Notes: generated by a model from the sequence alone, not told the origin. A DNA stretch of 64,000 nt from Oscillospiraceae bacterium (GCA_015064295.1 SVSM01000001.1:17668-81667), one strand, 5' to 3'. Counted from the stretch's first letter, positions 35,011 to 44,942 are shown. Numbers and translations are program-made.

Positions 35011-36141
35011 ATGAGTAAAAAAACCGATAACGTGAAAAACTGCCGCCTCGGTACCGTAGGCGGACAGGCGGTGCTGGAAGGCATCATGATGAAGGGGAGA
35101 GAGGACTACGCCATCGCCGTTCGCCGCGAGGATGGGACCGTCAGTCTGTCCAAGCACACCTTTACCTCCATCCGAAGCAAGTATAAGATCCTGCGCCTCC
35201 CCATTATCCGCGGAATCGTGGGCTTTGTGGAATCCATGGTGCTGAATTTTAAGACGCTGTCGATCTCGGCCGAGCAGTACGGCATCGACGACAGCGAGCC
35301 CGAAACCAAGTTTGATAAGTGGATCCTCGATCACTTCGGTGAGAAGATGATGAGCATCGTCATGGGCATCAGCATGGTGCTCGGCGTGGCGCTGGCCGTC
35401 GGTCTCTTCTTTTTGCTCCCCTCGTATATTACCAAGGGGATCGAATGGCTGATCGGACGGGGCCTCGGCGTTTTTAAGAATCTCATCGAGGGACTTCTCA
35501 AGATCGTGATCTTTATCGTCTATCTGCTGGTGGTCTCCCTGATGAAGGAGATCCGCCGTACCTTTCAGTATCACGGTGCCGAGCATAAGTCCATCTTCTG
35601 CTATGAGGCGGGAGAGGAGCTGACGGTGGAGAACGTGAAAAAGCACCGCCGCTTTCATCCCCGCTGCGGTACCAGCTTTATTTTCGTCATTCTGATCATC
35701 AGCATTCTCATTAACTCGCTGCCCTTTATTCCGTGGGATAATATGCTTCTGCGTATGCTCTGCAAGATCCTCGTGCTGCCCCTGACGGTGGGCATCGGCT
35801 TTGAGTTTATTATGTTTGCCGGCAAGCACGATAATATTGTCACGCGGATCCTGTCGGCCCCCGGTCTGTTCATGCAGCGGATCACCACGAGAGAGCCCGA
35901 CGACGGTCAGATCGAGGTGGCGATCATCGCGCTGAAGACCGCCCTGCCACACGAATTTCCCGACTATCACTACGTGGATCCCCACGACGCCCTTGAGCCC
36001 GAGACGGTAGAGGACGACGTCCCCGCAGAGGAGACGCCCGACGGCGAGGAGCCGGTATCGGCTGCCACCGCTGAGGATGACGCCGAGGCAGTGATCGAGG
36101 ATGACGCCGCCGTACCTGCCGAAGGGCAGGCAGAGGCATGA
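35011..36141 (+). CDS. DUF1385-family membrane protein with an acidic C-terminal tail
   Basis: 376 aa. LGTVGGQAVLEGIMMKG and FQYHGAEHK motifs as in DUF1385 proteins, which typically precede prmC. ATGA overlap with prmC. Confidence 0.7.
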   Translation: MSKKTDNVKNCRLGTVGGQAVLEGIMMKGREDYAIAVRREDGTVSLSKHTFTSIRSKYKILRLPIIRGIVGFVESMVLNFKTLSISAEQYGIDDSEPETKFDKWILDHFGEKMMSIVMGISMVLGVALAVGLFFLLPSYITKGIEWLIGRGLGVFKNLIEGLLKIVIFIVYLLVVSLMKEIRRTFQYHGAEHKSIFCYEAGEELTVENVKKHRRFHPRCGTSFIFVILIISILINSLPFIPWDNMLLRMLCKILVLPLTVGIGFEFIMFAGKHDNIVTRILSAPGLFMQRITTREPDDGQIEVAIIALKTALPHEFPDYHYVDPHDALEPETVEDDVPAEETPDGEEPVSAATAEDDAEAVIEDDAAVPAEGQAEA

Positions 36142-36869
36142 GGGCGGTGCTCTCGGAACGGGACGACAGGCTGCTGAAGGAAAAATACCCCGATGCACGG
36201 GATTACGAGCAGGCGGTTCGTCGGTTACAAGACCGCGAGCCGCTTGCCTACGTCTTGGGTGAGTGGTATTTTTACGGCGAGACCTATCGGGTGTCCCCCG
36301 CCTGTCTTGTTCCCCGGCCCGAAACCGAGCATCTGGTGGAGGAGCTGATCAAGCGGCTTCCGCAAAACGCCGTCTTTGCCGACCTTTGCACCGGAAGCGG
36401 GTGTATCGCCATTTCGACCCTGGCGCACCGTCCCGATTGCCGCGCCGTGGCGGTGGATCTGTCGGAGGAGGCCTTGGCTCTCGCGCGGGAGAACGCCGTC
36501 TTAAACGGTGTGTCCGATCGCATTTCCTTTCTTCATGCCGACGTTTTGACGGGCGATGCCCTGGGCGACGAGGTCTACGACGCCCTGGTCTCGAATCCCC
36601 CTTATATCGTCTCCGAGGTGATTGATACCCTGGAGCCGGAGGTCCTCCGTGAGCCACGCATGGCCCTTGACGGGGGAGAGGACGGCTTGTCCTTCTATCG
36701 GGTTTTGGTCAGCGAGTATCGGAACAACGTGAAAACAGGCGGCTTTCTGCTTTTTGAGATCGGCTATGACCAGGGAGAGGCGCTGAAGGCCCTCTGTCCC
36801 TGTGAGATCCGAAAGGATTACAGCGGAAACGACCGCGTGGCTGTTTTCTTCCCCCACGAGAAAAAATGA
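36138..36869 (+). CDS. prmC: Release factor glutamine-N5 methyltransferase PrmC (short N-terminal domain)
   Basis: 243 aa. PLAYVLGEWYFYG, SAM motif DLCTGSGCIA, catalytic VSNPPYI. Confidence 0.85.
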   Translation: MRAVLSERDDRLLKEKYPDARDYEQAVRRLQDREPLAYVLGEWYFYGETYRVSPACLVPRPETEHLVEELIKRLPQNAVFADLCTGSGCIAISTLAHRPDCRAVAVDLSEEALALARENAVLNGVSDRISFLHADVLTGDALGDEVYDALVSNPPYIVSEVIDTLEPEVLREPRMALDGGEDGLSFYRVLVSEYRNNVKTGGFLLFEIGYDQGEALKALCPCEIRKDYSGNDRVAVFFPHEKK

Positions 36870-36982
36870 GTGGGCCCTTCCTTCAAGGGTTCCGTTTCGG
36901 GTCGTTTGAAGCCGTTTGGGGAGTCATGCCATTTAATAGAAGTACAAAAATGAAAAAATGGCACATTTTTTCAAAATTGGTC

Positions 36983-37011
36983 TTGCCAAGTGAAAAAAAG
37001 TATGTTATGAT
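36983..37011 (+). promoter_or_regulatory. Sigma-A-type promoter for pgk-tpiA
   Basis: TTGCCA (36983-36988), a 17-nt spacer, then TATGAT (37006-37011) preceded by TGT. Confidence 0.55.
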
Positions 37012-37106
37012 ATATAAGATGTGAGTTTTGGACGTTCGTTTCGTCCATAATCCAGAGGAAAATCTATTTTATTTTGAAGAGCCGCCTTCGGCGGCCCGGA
37101 GGGTAT

Positions 37107-38405
37107 ATGCAGTATAACAAGAAAACCATCGAAGACATTGAGGTATCCGGCAAAAAGGTTCTCGCCAGATGCGACTTCAACGTTCCCATGGCAAACGGTG
37201 TCATCACCGACGACAAGAGAATCGTTGGTGCCATGCCTACGATCAAGTACCTCGTGGACAACGGCGCTGCCGTGATCCTTTGCTCCCACATGGGCCGTCC
37301 GCATAACGTGCTGAATGCCGAGCTGAAGCTGAGCAAGAAGGAAAAGAAGAAGATCGACGAGCTTCCCGCCGAGGAACAGGCCGCCGCTACCGCCGCCGCT
37401 TTGGAAAAGGCCAAGGGCGATATTACCAAGCTGTCGCTGGCTCCCATTGCCAAGCGCATCTCCGAGCTTCTCGGTAAAGAGGTCATCATGGCCTCCGACG
37501 TGGTAGGCCCCGATGCCGTGGCCAAGGCCGCTAACCTGAAGAGCGGTGAGGTCCTCCTGCTTGAGAACGTCCGCTTCCACGCCGAAGAGGAAAAGAACGA
37601 GCCCGAGTTTGCCAAGAAGCTGGCCTCTCTTGCCGACATCTACGTAAACGACGCCTTCGGTACCGCTCATCGTGCTCATGCCTCCACGGCCGGCGTTGCC
37701 GATTATCTCCCCGCCGTCTGCGGCTATCTCATCCAGAAGGAAATCTCCATCATGGGTGATGCCCTGAACAATCCCAAGCGTCCCTTCGTTTCCATTCTCG
37801 GTGGCGCTAAGGTTTCCGACAAGATCGGCGTGATCAACAACCTGATCGAAAAGGTCGACACCCTCATCATCGGCGGTGCCATGGCCTATACCTTCAACAA
37901 GGCCCGCGGCCACAAGATCGGTACCTCCCTCTGCGAGGAGGATAAGCTGGATCTGGCGCTGGAGCTGCTTGACAAGGCCAAGGCCAAGGGTGTCAAGATC
38001 CTCTTGCCCGTGGACAACCACGTAGGCGACAAGTACGACCCCGAGTGCCACGACGTGTTCGTGGATTCCGCTGACATTCCCGACGGCTATATGGGCCTTG
38101 ACATCGGCCCTGCCTCCGTCATTCTCTTCGGCTACGCCATCAAGGGCGCCGGCACCGTTGTCTGGAACGGCCCCATGGGTGTTTCCGAGTGGGAAAAGTT
38201 CGCCGACGGTACCCGCGGTGTGGCCACTGCCATTGCCGAGAGCAACGCTATCTCCATCATCGGCGGCGGTGACTCCGCTGCTGCCATCGAAAAGCTGGGC
38301 TTTGCCGATAAGATGACCCACATCTCCACCGGCGGCGGTGCCTCCCTTGAGTTCCTTGAGGGGCTTTCGCTTCCCGGCATCGCCTGCCTGCAGGACAAGG
38401 ACTGA
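37107..38405 (+). CDS. pgk: Phosphoglycerate kinase with an insertion of about 35-40 aa after the GRP motif
   Basis: Start at ATG 37107 ([28 protein letters not shown]) behind GGAGGG. 432 aa with canonical PGK blocks throughout. Confidence 0.95.
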   Translation: MQYNKKTIEDIEVSGKKVLARCDFNVPMANGVITDDKRIVGAMPTIKYLVDNGAAVILCSHMGRPHNVLNAELKLSKKEKKKIDELPAEEQAAATAAALEKAKGDITKLSLAPIAKRISELLGKEVIMASDVVGPDAVAKAANLKSGEVLLLENVRFHAEEEKNEPEFAKKLASLADIYVNDAFGTAHRAHASTAGVADYLPAVCGYLIQKEISIMGDALNNPKRPFVSILGGAKVSDKIGVINNLIEKVDTLIIGGAMAYTFNKARGHKIGTSLCEEDKLDLALELLDKAKAKGVKILLPVDNHVGDKYDPECHDVFVDSADIPDGYMGLDIGPASVILFGYAIKGAGTVVWNGPMGVSEWEKFADGTRGVATAIAESNAISIIGGGDSAAAIEKLGFADKMTHISTGGGASLEFLEGLSLPGIACLQDKD

Positions 38406-38471
38406 TTCTGAATTTCCGGCGGGGGGTCACACCCCCGCTTCCCCTATTTCTGTGACATACTGAGGTTAGTT

Positions 38472-39239
38472 ATGAACAAGAACGTAAGAAAAGCCGTGAT
38501 TGCCGGCAACTGGAAAATGAATATGACGCCCTCTGAGACCAAGAAGCTTCTTTCGGAGCTGATCCCCATGGTCGAGGGCAAGACTGGCTGTGACGTCGTC
38601 GTCTGCGTTCCCTTCGTGGATATCGACACCGCCGTGGCCATGACGAAGGGCACCAACGTAAAGGTCGGTGCACAGAACGTCCACTTTGAGAAGAACGGTG
38701 CCTTCACCGGTGAGATCTCCGCCGATATGCTGAAGGAATGCGGCGCCGAGTACGTGGTCATCGGTCACAGCGAGAGAAGACAGTATTTCGGTGAGACCGA
38801 CGTGACCGTCAATCTCCGCCTGAAGGCCGCCCTTGCCGCCGGTCTTACCCCTATCCTCTGCGTGGGTGAGCTTCTTGACGAGCGTGACCGTGACGTTACC
38901 GCCGAGGTCGTTGCCATGCAGACCAAAATCGCACTCCTTGACGTGTCCGCCGAGGACGCGAAAAAGGTCATCGTGGCTTACGAGCCGGTATGGGCCATCG
39001 GCACCGGCCGTACCGCTACCGCCGAGCAGGCCGACGAGGTCTGCGGTATCATCCGTAGCGTTCTGGCCGCCAAGTACGGCGCTGACGTGGCGGAGGCCGT
39101 TACCATCCAGTACGGCGGCTCCATGAAGCCCGGTAACGCGGCCGAGCTTCTCTCCAAGTATCACGTGGACGGCGGCCTTATCGGCGGCGCCTCCCTCAAG
39201 GCATCGGATTTCACCGCCATCGTAGACGCGGCACAGTAA
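38472..39239 (+). CDS. tpiA: Triosephosphate isomerase
   Basis: 255 aa. AGNWKMN, VIGHSERR and AYEPVWAIGTG motifs. Confidence 0.96.
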   Translation: MNKNVRKAVIAGNWKMNMTPSETKKLLSELIPMVEGKTGCDVVVCVPFVDIDTAVAMTKGTNVKVGAQNVHFEKNGAFTGEISADMLKECGAEYVVIGHSERRQYFGETDVTVNLRLKAALAAGLTPILCVGELLDERDRDVTAEVVAMQTKIALLDVSAEDAKKVIVAYEPVWAIGTGRTATAEQADEVCGIIRSVLAAKYGADVAEAVTIQYGGSMKPGNAAELLSKYHVDGGLIGGASLKASDFTAIVDAAQ

Positions 39240-39251
39240 AACTCATAAGAG

Positions 39252-39285
39252 GCGGAGCGAGAGATGTCTTTCGCTCCGCTTTTTC
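39252..39285 (+). terminator. Terminator after tpiA
   Basis: Stem GCGGAGCGA / TCGCTCCGC followed by TTTTT. Confidence 0.75.
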
Positions 39286-39301
39286 CAAAGAGAGGCTCAC
39301 T

Positions 39302-41521
39302 ATGAAAAAAATTGCCGCAGCAATTTGTCTTTCGCTGCTTCTGCTTCTGACGGTATTTGCCGTTTCGGCGGAGGGTGAGACAGTATCGCTGGACGCTGTG
39401 ACCATCGGGGAGGACGGGAAAACCGTTACTGCCCATATTTCTCTGACCGAGGAATTTATCAGCCGTCACCAAGGGCTGTATCTGTTCCGCGTGTCGGCAG
39501 ACCGTGGAAGCTCCCTGACGGCTATGACGCCCATCGCCGAGCAGAAGACCGAGAACCGTCAGCTGACCGTGACGGTGCCCTATGACGCCGACGACCCCTC
39601 CGCTGCTCTCTACGGCTACGTTTTGGGCTGTCGGGACGACGGGGGTGTTTACCGTCCGGTCTCCCGGGTGGTGTATCCCGAGAATTTTGCTGAATTCGCC
39701 CCTCACACCCGGACCTATCCCACGGTGACCTCTAAAAAAGGATTGCAGGTCCAGCTTCTTACCGATGCCCAGCTTCTCGGTGTGAAGCACACCGTGGTCA
39801 ACGCCTTCTTCAACGAGCTGATCGTTGAGGGCGGAGAGACGGCGGTCTCCTTCGTTTACGGAAACGAGACCTATTATCTCGATGCCGCCGCCCTGTCGGC
39901 GTTGGACTACCGGATTCGTTCTCTCAGCGATGCCGGTATCCATATTTACCTAAATTATCTGCTTGCCTACGATCCCGATGCCTTCTCCGAGCTTTACTAT
40001 CCGGAGGCCGAGGGGGACGCGCAGGCTCTGTATGCACCCAACGTATCGTCCTCCGAGGGCATCCGGCGCTATGCTGCCGTCATGCATTTCTTGGCCTCTC
40101 GGTATTCCCGTCCCGACGGCGCTTACGGCTTCTGCGGCAGTTATATCCTGGGCTACGAGGTCAATCGGGCAGAAGAACGCCACCGCACGGGGATGTCCCA
40201 GCTTTCGGATTTTGCCGAGGCCTATGCCGTCCTGCTTCGTACGGCCGACACTGCCGTGAGGAGTGCCTATCGGAACGGACGAGTCTTTGTGTCCCTCTCC
40301 CACCATTGGTATACGTCCGAGGAGGAAGCGGAGCCCGCGCTCTTCGGAGCCAAGGAGCTCCTTGACGAGCTGGCCGTGCGCTGCCCCGACGTCCCCTTCG
40401 GTGTTTCGTTGAATCCCTATCCCTCGGAGCTCTCCATGACCGAGTATTGGAAGGACGGGAAGGCTACTGACAGTGTGGAGACACCCTTTCTCACCGTGAA
40501 GAATCTGTCGGTTCTTACCGAGTATCTGAAAACCGAGGCCATGCTCTACCAAGGGAAGCCCCGAACGGCTATGGTTGGGGAGTTCGGTCTTTCGGGAAAG
40601 CCGGGGAGCTCGGAGGCATTGCAGGCCGCCGGGTATCTTCTGGCTTATTCGACGGTTTGCCGAAACGAAGGGATCGAATCCTTCATCTGGCACCGCCACG
40701 TGGATCACGCGGGGGAACAGGGCCTGTATTACGGGTTATACGCTTCCTCCGATCTGCTCCTTGAGCCAACGGCCAAAAAAGAGCTTTACGCCGTCTTTGC
40801 GGCGGTGGACGCTGATAGTCAAGCGGTGCTTGAGGAGTACCGTGCGCTCCTTCCCGAGGAGGTGCGTGGCTCCTTAACGACCGAGCCGAATCGCATCGTT
40901 TCCTCGGTGACTGCCCAAACGAAGGGACGTTTCCCCGGTCGAAGCGGGGAGATGCTGTTTGACTTTTCCAGGAGCTTGTATGCCTTCTATCCTACCGATA
41001 ATGCCCGTTATCTTGAACGGTATGAGGAGAACGGCGGTGTCTTCCTGCGGGCGGAGCTGATCGATCTGTCTCCCAAGGAATATAGGGGCATCGGGATCTC
41101 ACTACACGATCTGACCCGCTTGAATGCCGCCGATTCCCTGACGGTGCGCTTGCGTGTGACGGCAGGAGCTGATACCGCCGATCTTCGCCTGCTTCTCGTG
41201 GGGGAAAAGGATGGGCGGGAGATCGTTCTTGACGGTCAGTCCTGCGTGCCCTGCGGTGAATGGGCGGAGGTGACCTTCCCCCTTGAAAGCTTTACCCGGG
41301 AGGCCCTTTCCTCCTGCACGATGAAGCTTTGGGCGCGGCTGCCCTCCGGTGGCGGGGAAGCACCGTACCTTGACGTTGCGTCCATGACGCTGCATACCGC
41401 CCACAAGGCCGACCTGCTCGGGACGGCTTTGATGATCCTCGTGGTCATCGCTTTGGGCTGCGGAGTGTTTATCGCTCTCTATCCTGTCCTCTTGCGGCGC
41501 CGCAAGCGTCGATCGGTATAA
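39302..41521 (+). CDS. Large exported, C-terminally membrane-anchored protein of unknown function (possible TIM-barrel glycosidase-like core)
   Basis: 739 aa. Signal peptide MKKIAAAICLSLLLLLTVFAVSAEG and C-terminal TM LMILVVIALGCGVFIALYPVLL followed by RRRKRRSV. The central region carries motifs GYEVNRAEE and MVGEFG; the fold assignment is speculative. Confidence 0.55.
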   Translation: MKKIAAAICLSLLLLLTVFAVSAEGETVSLDAVTIGEDGKTVTAHISLTEEFISRHQGLYLFRVSADRGSSLTAMTPIAEQKTENRQLTVTVPYDADDPSAALYGYVLGCRDDGGVYRPVSRVVYPENFAEFAPHTRTYPTVTSKKGLQVQLLTDAQLLGVKHTVVNAFFNELIVEGGETAVSFVYGNETYYLDAAALSALDYRIRSLSDAGIHIYLNYLLAYDPDAFSELYYPEAEGDAQALYAPNVSSSEGIRRYAAVMHFLASRYSRPDGAYGFCGSYILGYEVNRAEERHRTGMSQLSDFAEAYAVLLRTADTAVRSAYRNGRVFVSLSHHWYTSEEEAEPALFGAKELLDELAVRCPDVPFGVSLNPYPSELSMTEYWKDGKATDSVETPFLTVKNLSVLTEYLKTEAMLYQGKPRTAMVGEFGLSGKPGSSEALQAAGYLLAYSTVCRNEGIESFIWHRHVDHAGEQGLYYGLYASSDLLLEPTAKKELYAVFAAVDADSQAVLEEYRALLPEEVRGSLTTEPNRIVSSVTAQTKGRFPGRSGEMLFDFSRSLYAFYPTDNARYLERYEENGGVFLRAELIDLSPKEYRGIGISLHDLTRLNAADSLTVRLRVTAGADTADLRLLLVGEKDGREIVLDGQSCVPCGEWAEVTFPLESFTREALSSCTMKLWARLPSGGGEAPYLDVASMTLHTAHKADLLGTALMILVVIALGCGVFIALYPVLLRRRKRRSV

Positions 41522-41587
41522 TGTTTCCCGCTTCCGCATATCGTTGGATAAGCCGACGTTTCGGCAATCTTATCGGTTGGGGGAGCT

Positions 41588-42310
41588 ATGAATTCCGAAA
41601 AAAACAAAGGCAGTCTGCTGATATATTTCTTGATCGCTATCCTATTGATTCTGACGGCTTCGATCCTGCATCAGGTGTACGACCGCTTCATCCGTGACGA
41701 CGTGAACACGGCGGCCGATCCCTCCTCACGCCGCACCGTCATTCTGGACGCTGGGCACGGCGGTCGGGACGGCGGTGCCATCTCGGTTACCGGTACGGCG
41801 GAGAAGACGTTGAATCTTGATACTACCTTGACGCTGGCCGCCTTTCTTCGTGCGCAGGGCTACGAGGTCATTCTGACGAGAGAGACCGATACCGAGCTGT
41901 CCCACGCGAACGGCGGTTCCCGTAAAATGCAGGATCTGAAGGGCCGCCTGTCGGTCATGGAGGACAATCCCGGGTGTCCCTTCATCAGCGTCCATATGAA
42001 CAAATTTCCGCAGGCCAAATACAGCGGTCTTCAGGTCTATTATTCGAAAAACGACGAGGCGTCAAAGCCTCTTGCCGACGGCATACAGGCGGCGGTGAAG
42101 GAGCATCTGCAGCCCGAGAACGACCGCGTTACCAAGCCTGCCACCTCATCGATCTTTTTGCTTCATAGGGCCGACTCTCCCGCTATTCTCATCGAATGCG
42201 GCTTCTTGTCCAACACCGAGGAGGCAAGAAGGCTGGAGGACACCGACTACCGCAGGACGCTGTGTTTGATCCTTTCCTCTGCTTACGGTGCCTGGGAGAC
42301 AAATCGGTAA
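41588..42310 (+). CDS. cwlD: N-acetylmuramoyl-L-alanine amidase, CwlD type
   Basis: 240 aa with an N-terminal TM, then VILDAGHGGRDGGA and ISVHMN (Amidase_3 zinc ligand motifs). Size and architecture match the germination-specific CwlD. Confidence 0.8.
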   Translation: MNSEKNKGSLLIYFLIAILLILTASILHQVYDRFIRDDVNTAADPSSRRTVILDAGHGGRDGGAISVTGTAEKTLNLDTTLTLAAFLRAQGYEVILTRETDTELSHANGGSRKMQDLKGRLSVMEDNPGCPFISVHMNKFPQAKYSGLQVYYSKNDEASKPLADGIQAAVKEHLQPENDRVTKPATSSIFLLHRADSPAILIECGFLSNTEEARRLEDTDYRRTLCLILSSAYGAWETNR

Positions 42311-42335
42311 TACGTTTACAATTCAGGAGTGTTTT

Positions 42336-43718
42336 ATGAAAGTCAAGAGCATCTTTGTCTGTTCCGCCTGCGAGTATCATGCTGCCAAATGGATGGGGCG
42401 CTGTCCCTCCTGCGGTGCTTGGAATACCCTGGAGGAGCAGGTCGTGTCCGATGAGAAACGAACGGTGAAGGGGGGCGTCTCACTGCCCTATGCCGGAAAA
42501 AGCGCCCCTGCCGTACGGTTAAAGGACCTGGAGATGCCGCAGTATATGCGCTTTGATACCGGCTATGCCGAGGTGGACCGCGTTTTGGGAGGCGGTCTTG
42601 TCAGCGGCTCGGTGGTGCTGCTTTCGGGTGAGCCGGGCATCGGTAAGTCCACGCTTTTGATGCAGATCTGCGGTAAGCTGGCGGCTCTTGACCGAAAGAT
42701 CCTCTACGTCTCGGGCGAGGAGTCGCCCGGACAACTGAAAATGCGGGCCCGCCGTCTTGGTGTGGAGGGCGGAGAGCTCTACGTGCAGACCGAGACCAAC
42801 CTGGAGCGTATTTTTGAGGAAATTGATGCGATTTCCCCTCACGTCGTGGTGGCGGATTCGGTGCAAACCATCTATTCGGAGGCTTCTGCCTCGGCTCCCG
42901 GCAGCGTGACTCAGGTCAAGGAGGCGGCCGCCCGCTTGATCTCCCTGGCCAAAAACCAAGGCGTTTCGGTGATCCTGGTGGGTCACGTGAACAAGGAGGG
43001 CTCCATTGCGGGGCCGAAGGTCCTGGAGCACATGGTGGACGCCGTGCTTCACTTTGAGGGGGAACGGGAAAACACCTATCGCATTATCCGCGCCATTAAG
43101 AACCGCTTTGGCTCCACCAACGAGATCGGCGTCTTTGAAATGACGGGCGAGGGCCTGGCCGAGGTTCCCAATCCCTCGGAGGCGCTGCTGGCAGGACGGC
43201 CGAAAAACGTATCGGGAAACTGCGCTGTCTGCGTGATGGAGGGTACCCGTCCCATCGTGGCCGAGATCCAGGCCCTCGTGACCAATTCCGTCCTGGCCTC
43301 CCCCCGCCGTACCTCAAACGGATTCGACTATAACCGTCTCAACCTGCTCCTGGCCGTGCTGGAAAAGCGGATCGGTTTACGGTTTTCCTCCTGTGATGCC
43401 TATATGAACGTCATCGGCGGTCTTCGTCTCGACGATCCGGCGGCCGACCTGCCGGCGGCCCTGGCCCTGATCTCCTGCATTAAGGACAAGCCCCTGCCTG
43501 ACGATCTGATCGCCGTAGGGGAGATCGGTCTTGCCGGCGAGTGCCGTGCCATTGCCGCGGCGGAGCAGCGGGTCCGTGAGGCTGAACGCCTCGGCTTCTC
43601 CCGCATTCTGCTTCCCGCCCGCAACGTGGGGAACGGAAAGCTGGATCCCTCCCGCTTTACCATCAAAATCGAGCCGGTGAAGAGTCTGTACGACGCCTTG
43701 GCTACGGCTTTGAACTGA
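42336..43718 (+). CDS. radA: DNA repair protein RadA/Sms
   Basis: Start at ATG 42336 (MKVKSIFVCSACEYHAAKWMGRCPSCGAWNT zinc finger). Walker A GEPGIGKST, KNRFG motif, and a Lon-like C-terminal domain. Confidence 0.95.
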   Translation: MKVKSIFVCSACEYHAAKWMGRCPSCGAWNTLEEQVVSDEKRTVKGGVSLPYAGKSAPAVRLKDLEMPQYMRFDTGYAEVDRVLGGGLVSGSVVLLSGEPGIGKSTLLMQICGKLAALDRKILYVSGEESPGQLKMRARRLGVEGGELYVQTETNLERIFEEIDAISPHVVVADSVQTIYSEASASAPGSVTQVKEAAARLISLAKNQGVSVILVGHVNKEGSIAGPKVLEHMVDAVLHFEGERENTYRIIRAIKNRFGSTNEIGVFEMTGEGLAEVPNPSEALLAGRPKNVSGNCAVCVMEGTRPIVAEIQALVTNSVLASPRRTSNGFDYNRLNLLLAVLEKRIGLRFSSCDAYMNVIGGLRLDDPAADLPAALALISCIKDKPLPDDLIAVGEIGLAGECRAIAAAEQRVREAERLGFSRILLPARNVGNGKLDPSRFTIKIEPVKSLYDALATALN

Positions 43719-43790
43719 CAAACGCTGTTTGCGGAGGCGAAGCCGGGTGACAGCCAATGGCGAAAGATGGCGGAAACCGGGAAAAGCGTC

Positions 43791-43819
43791 TTGCAAACCC
43801 TTGCTTTTTGTGATACAAT
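43791..43819 (+). promoter_or_regulatory. Sigma-A-type promoter for the lipoprotein gene
   Basis: TTGCAA (43791-43796), a 17-nt spacer, then TACAAT (43814-43819). Confidence 0.55.
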
Positions 43820-43864
43820 AAAACCGACCGTTTACTATGGAATCGTATTTGGAGGATCGAAGAT

Positions 43865-44926
43865 ATGAAAAAGCTTCTTGTTTTATTTCTTACTCTGTTT
43901 CTGTTGCTGGCATTGACTGCTTGCGACGGAAATGACGAAGGCCCGATCGACGAGATCGGCTCGGGTGAAGGTACTGATGAATCGTCAAGTAGTGCCGACG
44001 GTTCCAACGCCGACCCCGATGAGTCGGCAAGTAGTGCCGACGACTCCGACGCCGGCTCCGATGAATCGTCAAGCGGTGCCGACGACTCTGAGGTGGACCC
44101 TGATGAGTCGGCAAGCAGTGCTGATGACTCCGACGCCGGTCCTGATGAATCGGCAGAAAGCTCCGGGGAGGAAGACGATTCGGAAACTGTCGAGTCCTCT
44201 GCCACCGAGGAGCCCCACACCCACAGCTATTCCTCCAAGGTGACCAAGAAGGCCACCTGTACAGACAAGGGGGAAAAGACCTACACCTGCTCTTGCGGTG
44301 ATACCTACACCGAGGCCGTAAAGGCAAAGGGCCACTCTTGGGGCTCCTGGAAGCTGACCACCCCGCCGTCCCATACGGCAAAGGGTGAACAAACGCGTAC
44401 CTGCAAAAACTGCTCCGCTGCCGAAACGAAGGACGTGGATATGGTGTCCTTGGATGACATTTTCAAGGACTACCCTGAGTTGATCTATTCACTGGGACAA
44501 TTCGAATCGGTAAGCGAGCTTGGCGCATACGACGTTTTTGAATGGACGACGAATACCGTTCACGCCCTCAGCAGTGACATCGATATGGAAAACGGTATCT
44601 TCGCTCATACCTATTCCTTAGCGGAGCTGAACGCTCACACCCGGAAATATCTTGGTCTGACCTATCGCGGAGAAGACCTGGCAGGCACCCATTTCGACGG
44701 CGTGGTTGAAATTACTTACAACGCGAGCAAGGGACAGGTCACCGTGACGTATTACGGCGGCTTCGGCTCGGGTGCTCCCGACTTCACCTACCAGAATTAC
44801 ACGACGGAGGACGATATCCACTTTACCGTTCACTACGTGACCAGTGACGAGGAAGAGGGCACGATCGGCGTCGAGTACCGCGACGGCAATTATATCATTG
44901 TTTCCCATCAGGTCGTATCACAGTAA
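43865..44926 (+). CDS. Lipoprotein with an acidic Ser/Asp tandem-repeat linker and a Cys-rich module
   Basis: 353 aa. Lipobox LALTAC after MKKLLVLFLTLFLL. Contains 14-aa DES(A/S)SSADDSDAG-type repeats, then ATCTDKGEKTYTCSCGDTYTE...RTCKNCSAAE. Confidence 0.7.
   Translation: MKKLLVLFLTLFLLLALTACDGNDEGPIDEIGSGEGTDESSSSADGSNADPDESASSADDSDAGSDESSSGADDSEVDPDESASSADDSDAGPDESAESSGEEDDSETVESSATEEPHTHSYSSKVTKKATCTDKGEKTYTCSCGDTYTEAVKAKGHSWGSWKLTTPPSHTAKGEQTRTCKNCSAAETKDVDMVSLDDIFKDYPELIYSLGQFESVSELGAYDVFEWTTNTVHALSSDIDMENGIFAHTYSLAELNAHTRKYLGLTYRGEDLAGTHFDGVVEITYNASKGQVTVTYYGGFGSGAPDFTYQNYTTEDDIHFTVHYVTSDEEEGTIGVEYRDGNYIIVSHQVVSQ
43976..44164 (+). repeat. In-frame 42-nt tandem repeat, 4 full copies plus a partial fifth
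   Basis: Units start at 43976, 44018, 44060 and 44102 (GATGA(A/G)TCG...), with a partial unit from 44144. Odd and even units resemble each other more closely (84-nt super-repeat). Confidence 0.85.
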
Positions 44927-44942
44927 GGTAAGCTTCAAAATC

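Noticed and set aside
34915-36198. 427-aa minus-strand ORF opposite the DUF1385 gene.
   Set aside because: The opposite strand encodes a protein with conserved DUF1385 motifs that is translationally coupled to prmC. The antisense product has no TM or motif logic and no start context.
37005-38321. 438-aa minus-strand ORF opposite pgk.
   Set aside because: pgk is unambiguous on the plus strand. This is an antisense shadow ORF.
43976-44164. Checked whether the regular 42-nt repeats could be a CRISPR array.
   Set aside because: The units are directly adjacent with no spacers, lie in frame inside a lipoprotein ORF, and encode a 14-aa acidic repeat. No cas genes are nearby. No CRISPR-like array was seen elsewhere in the window.
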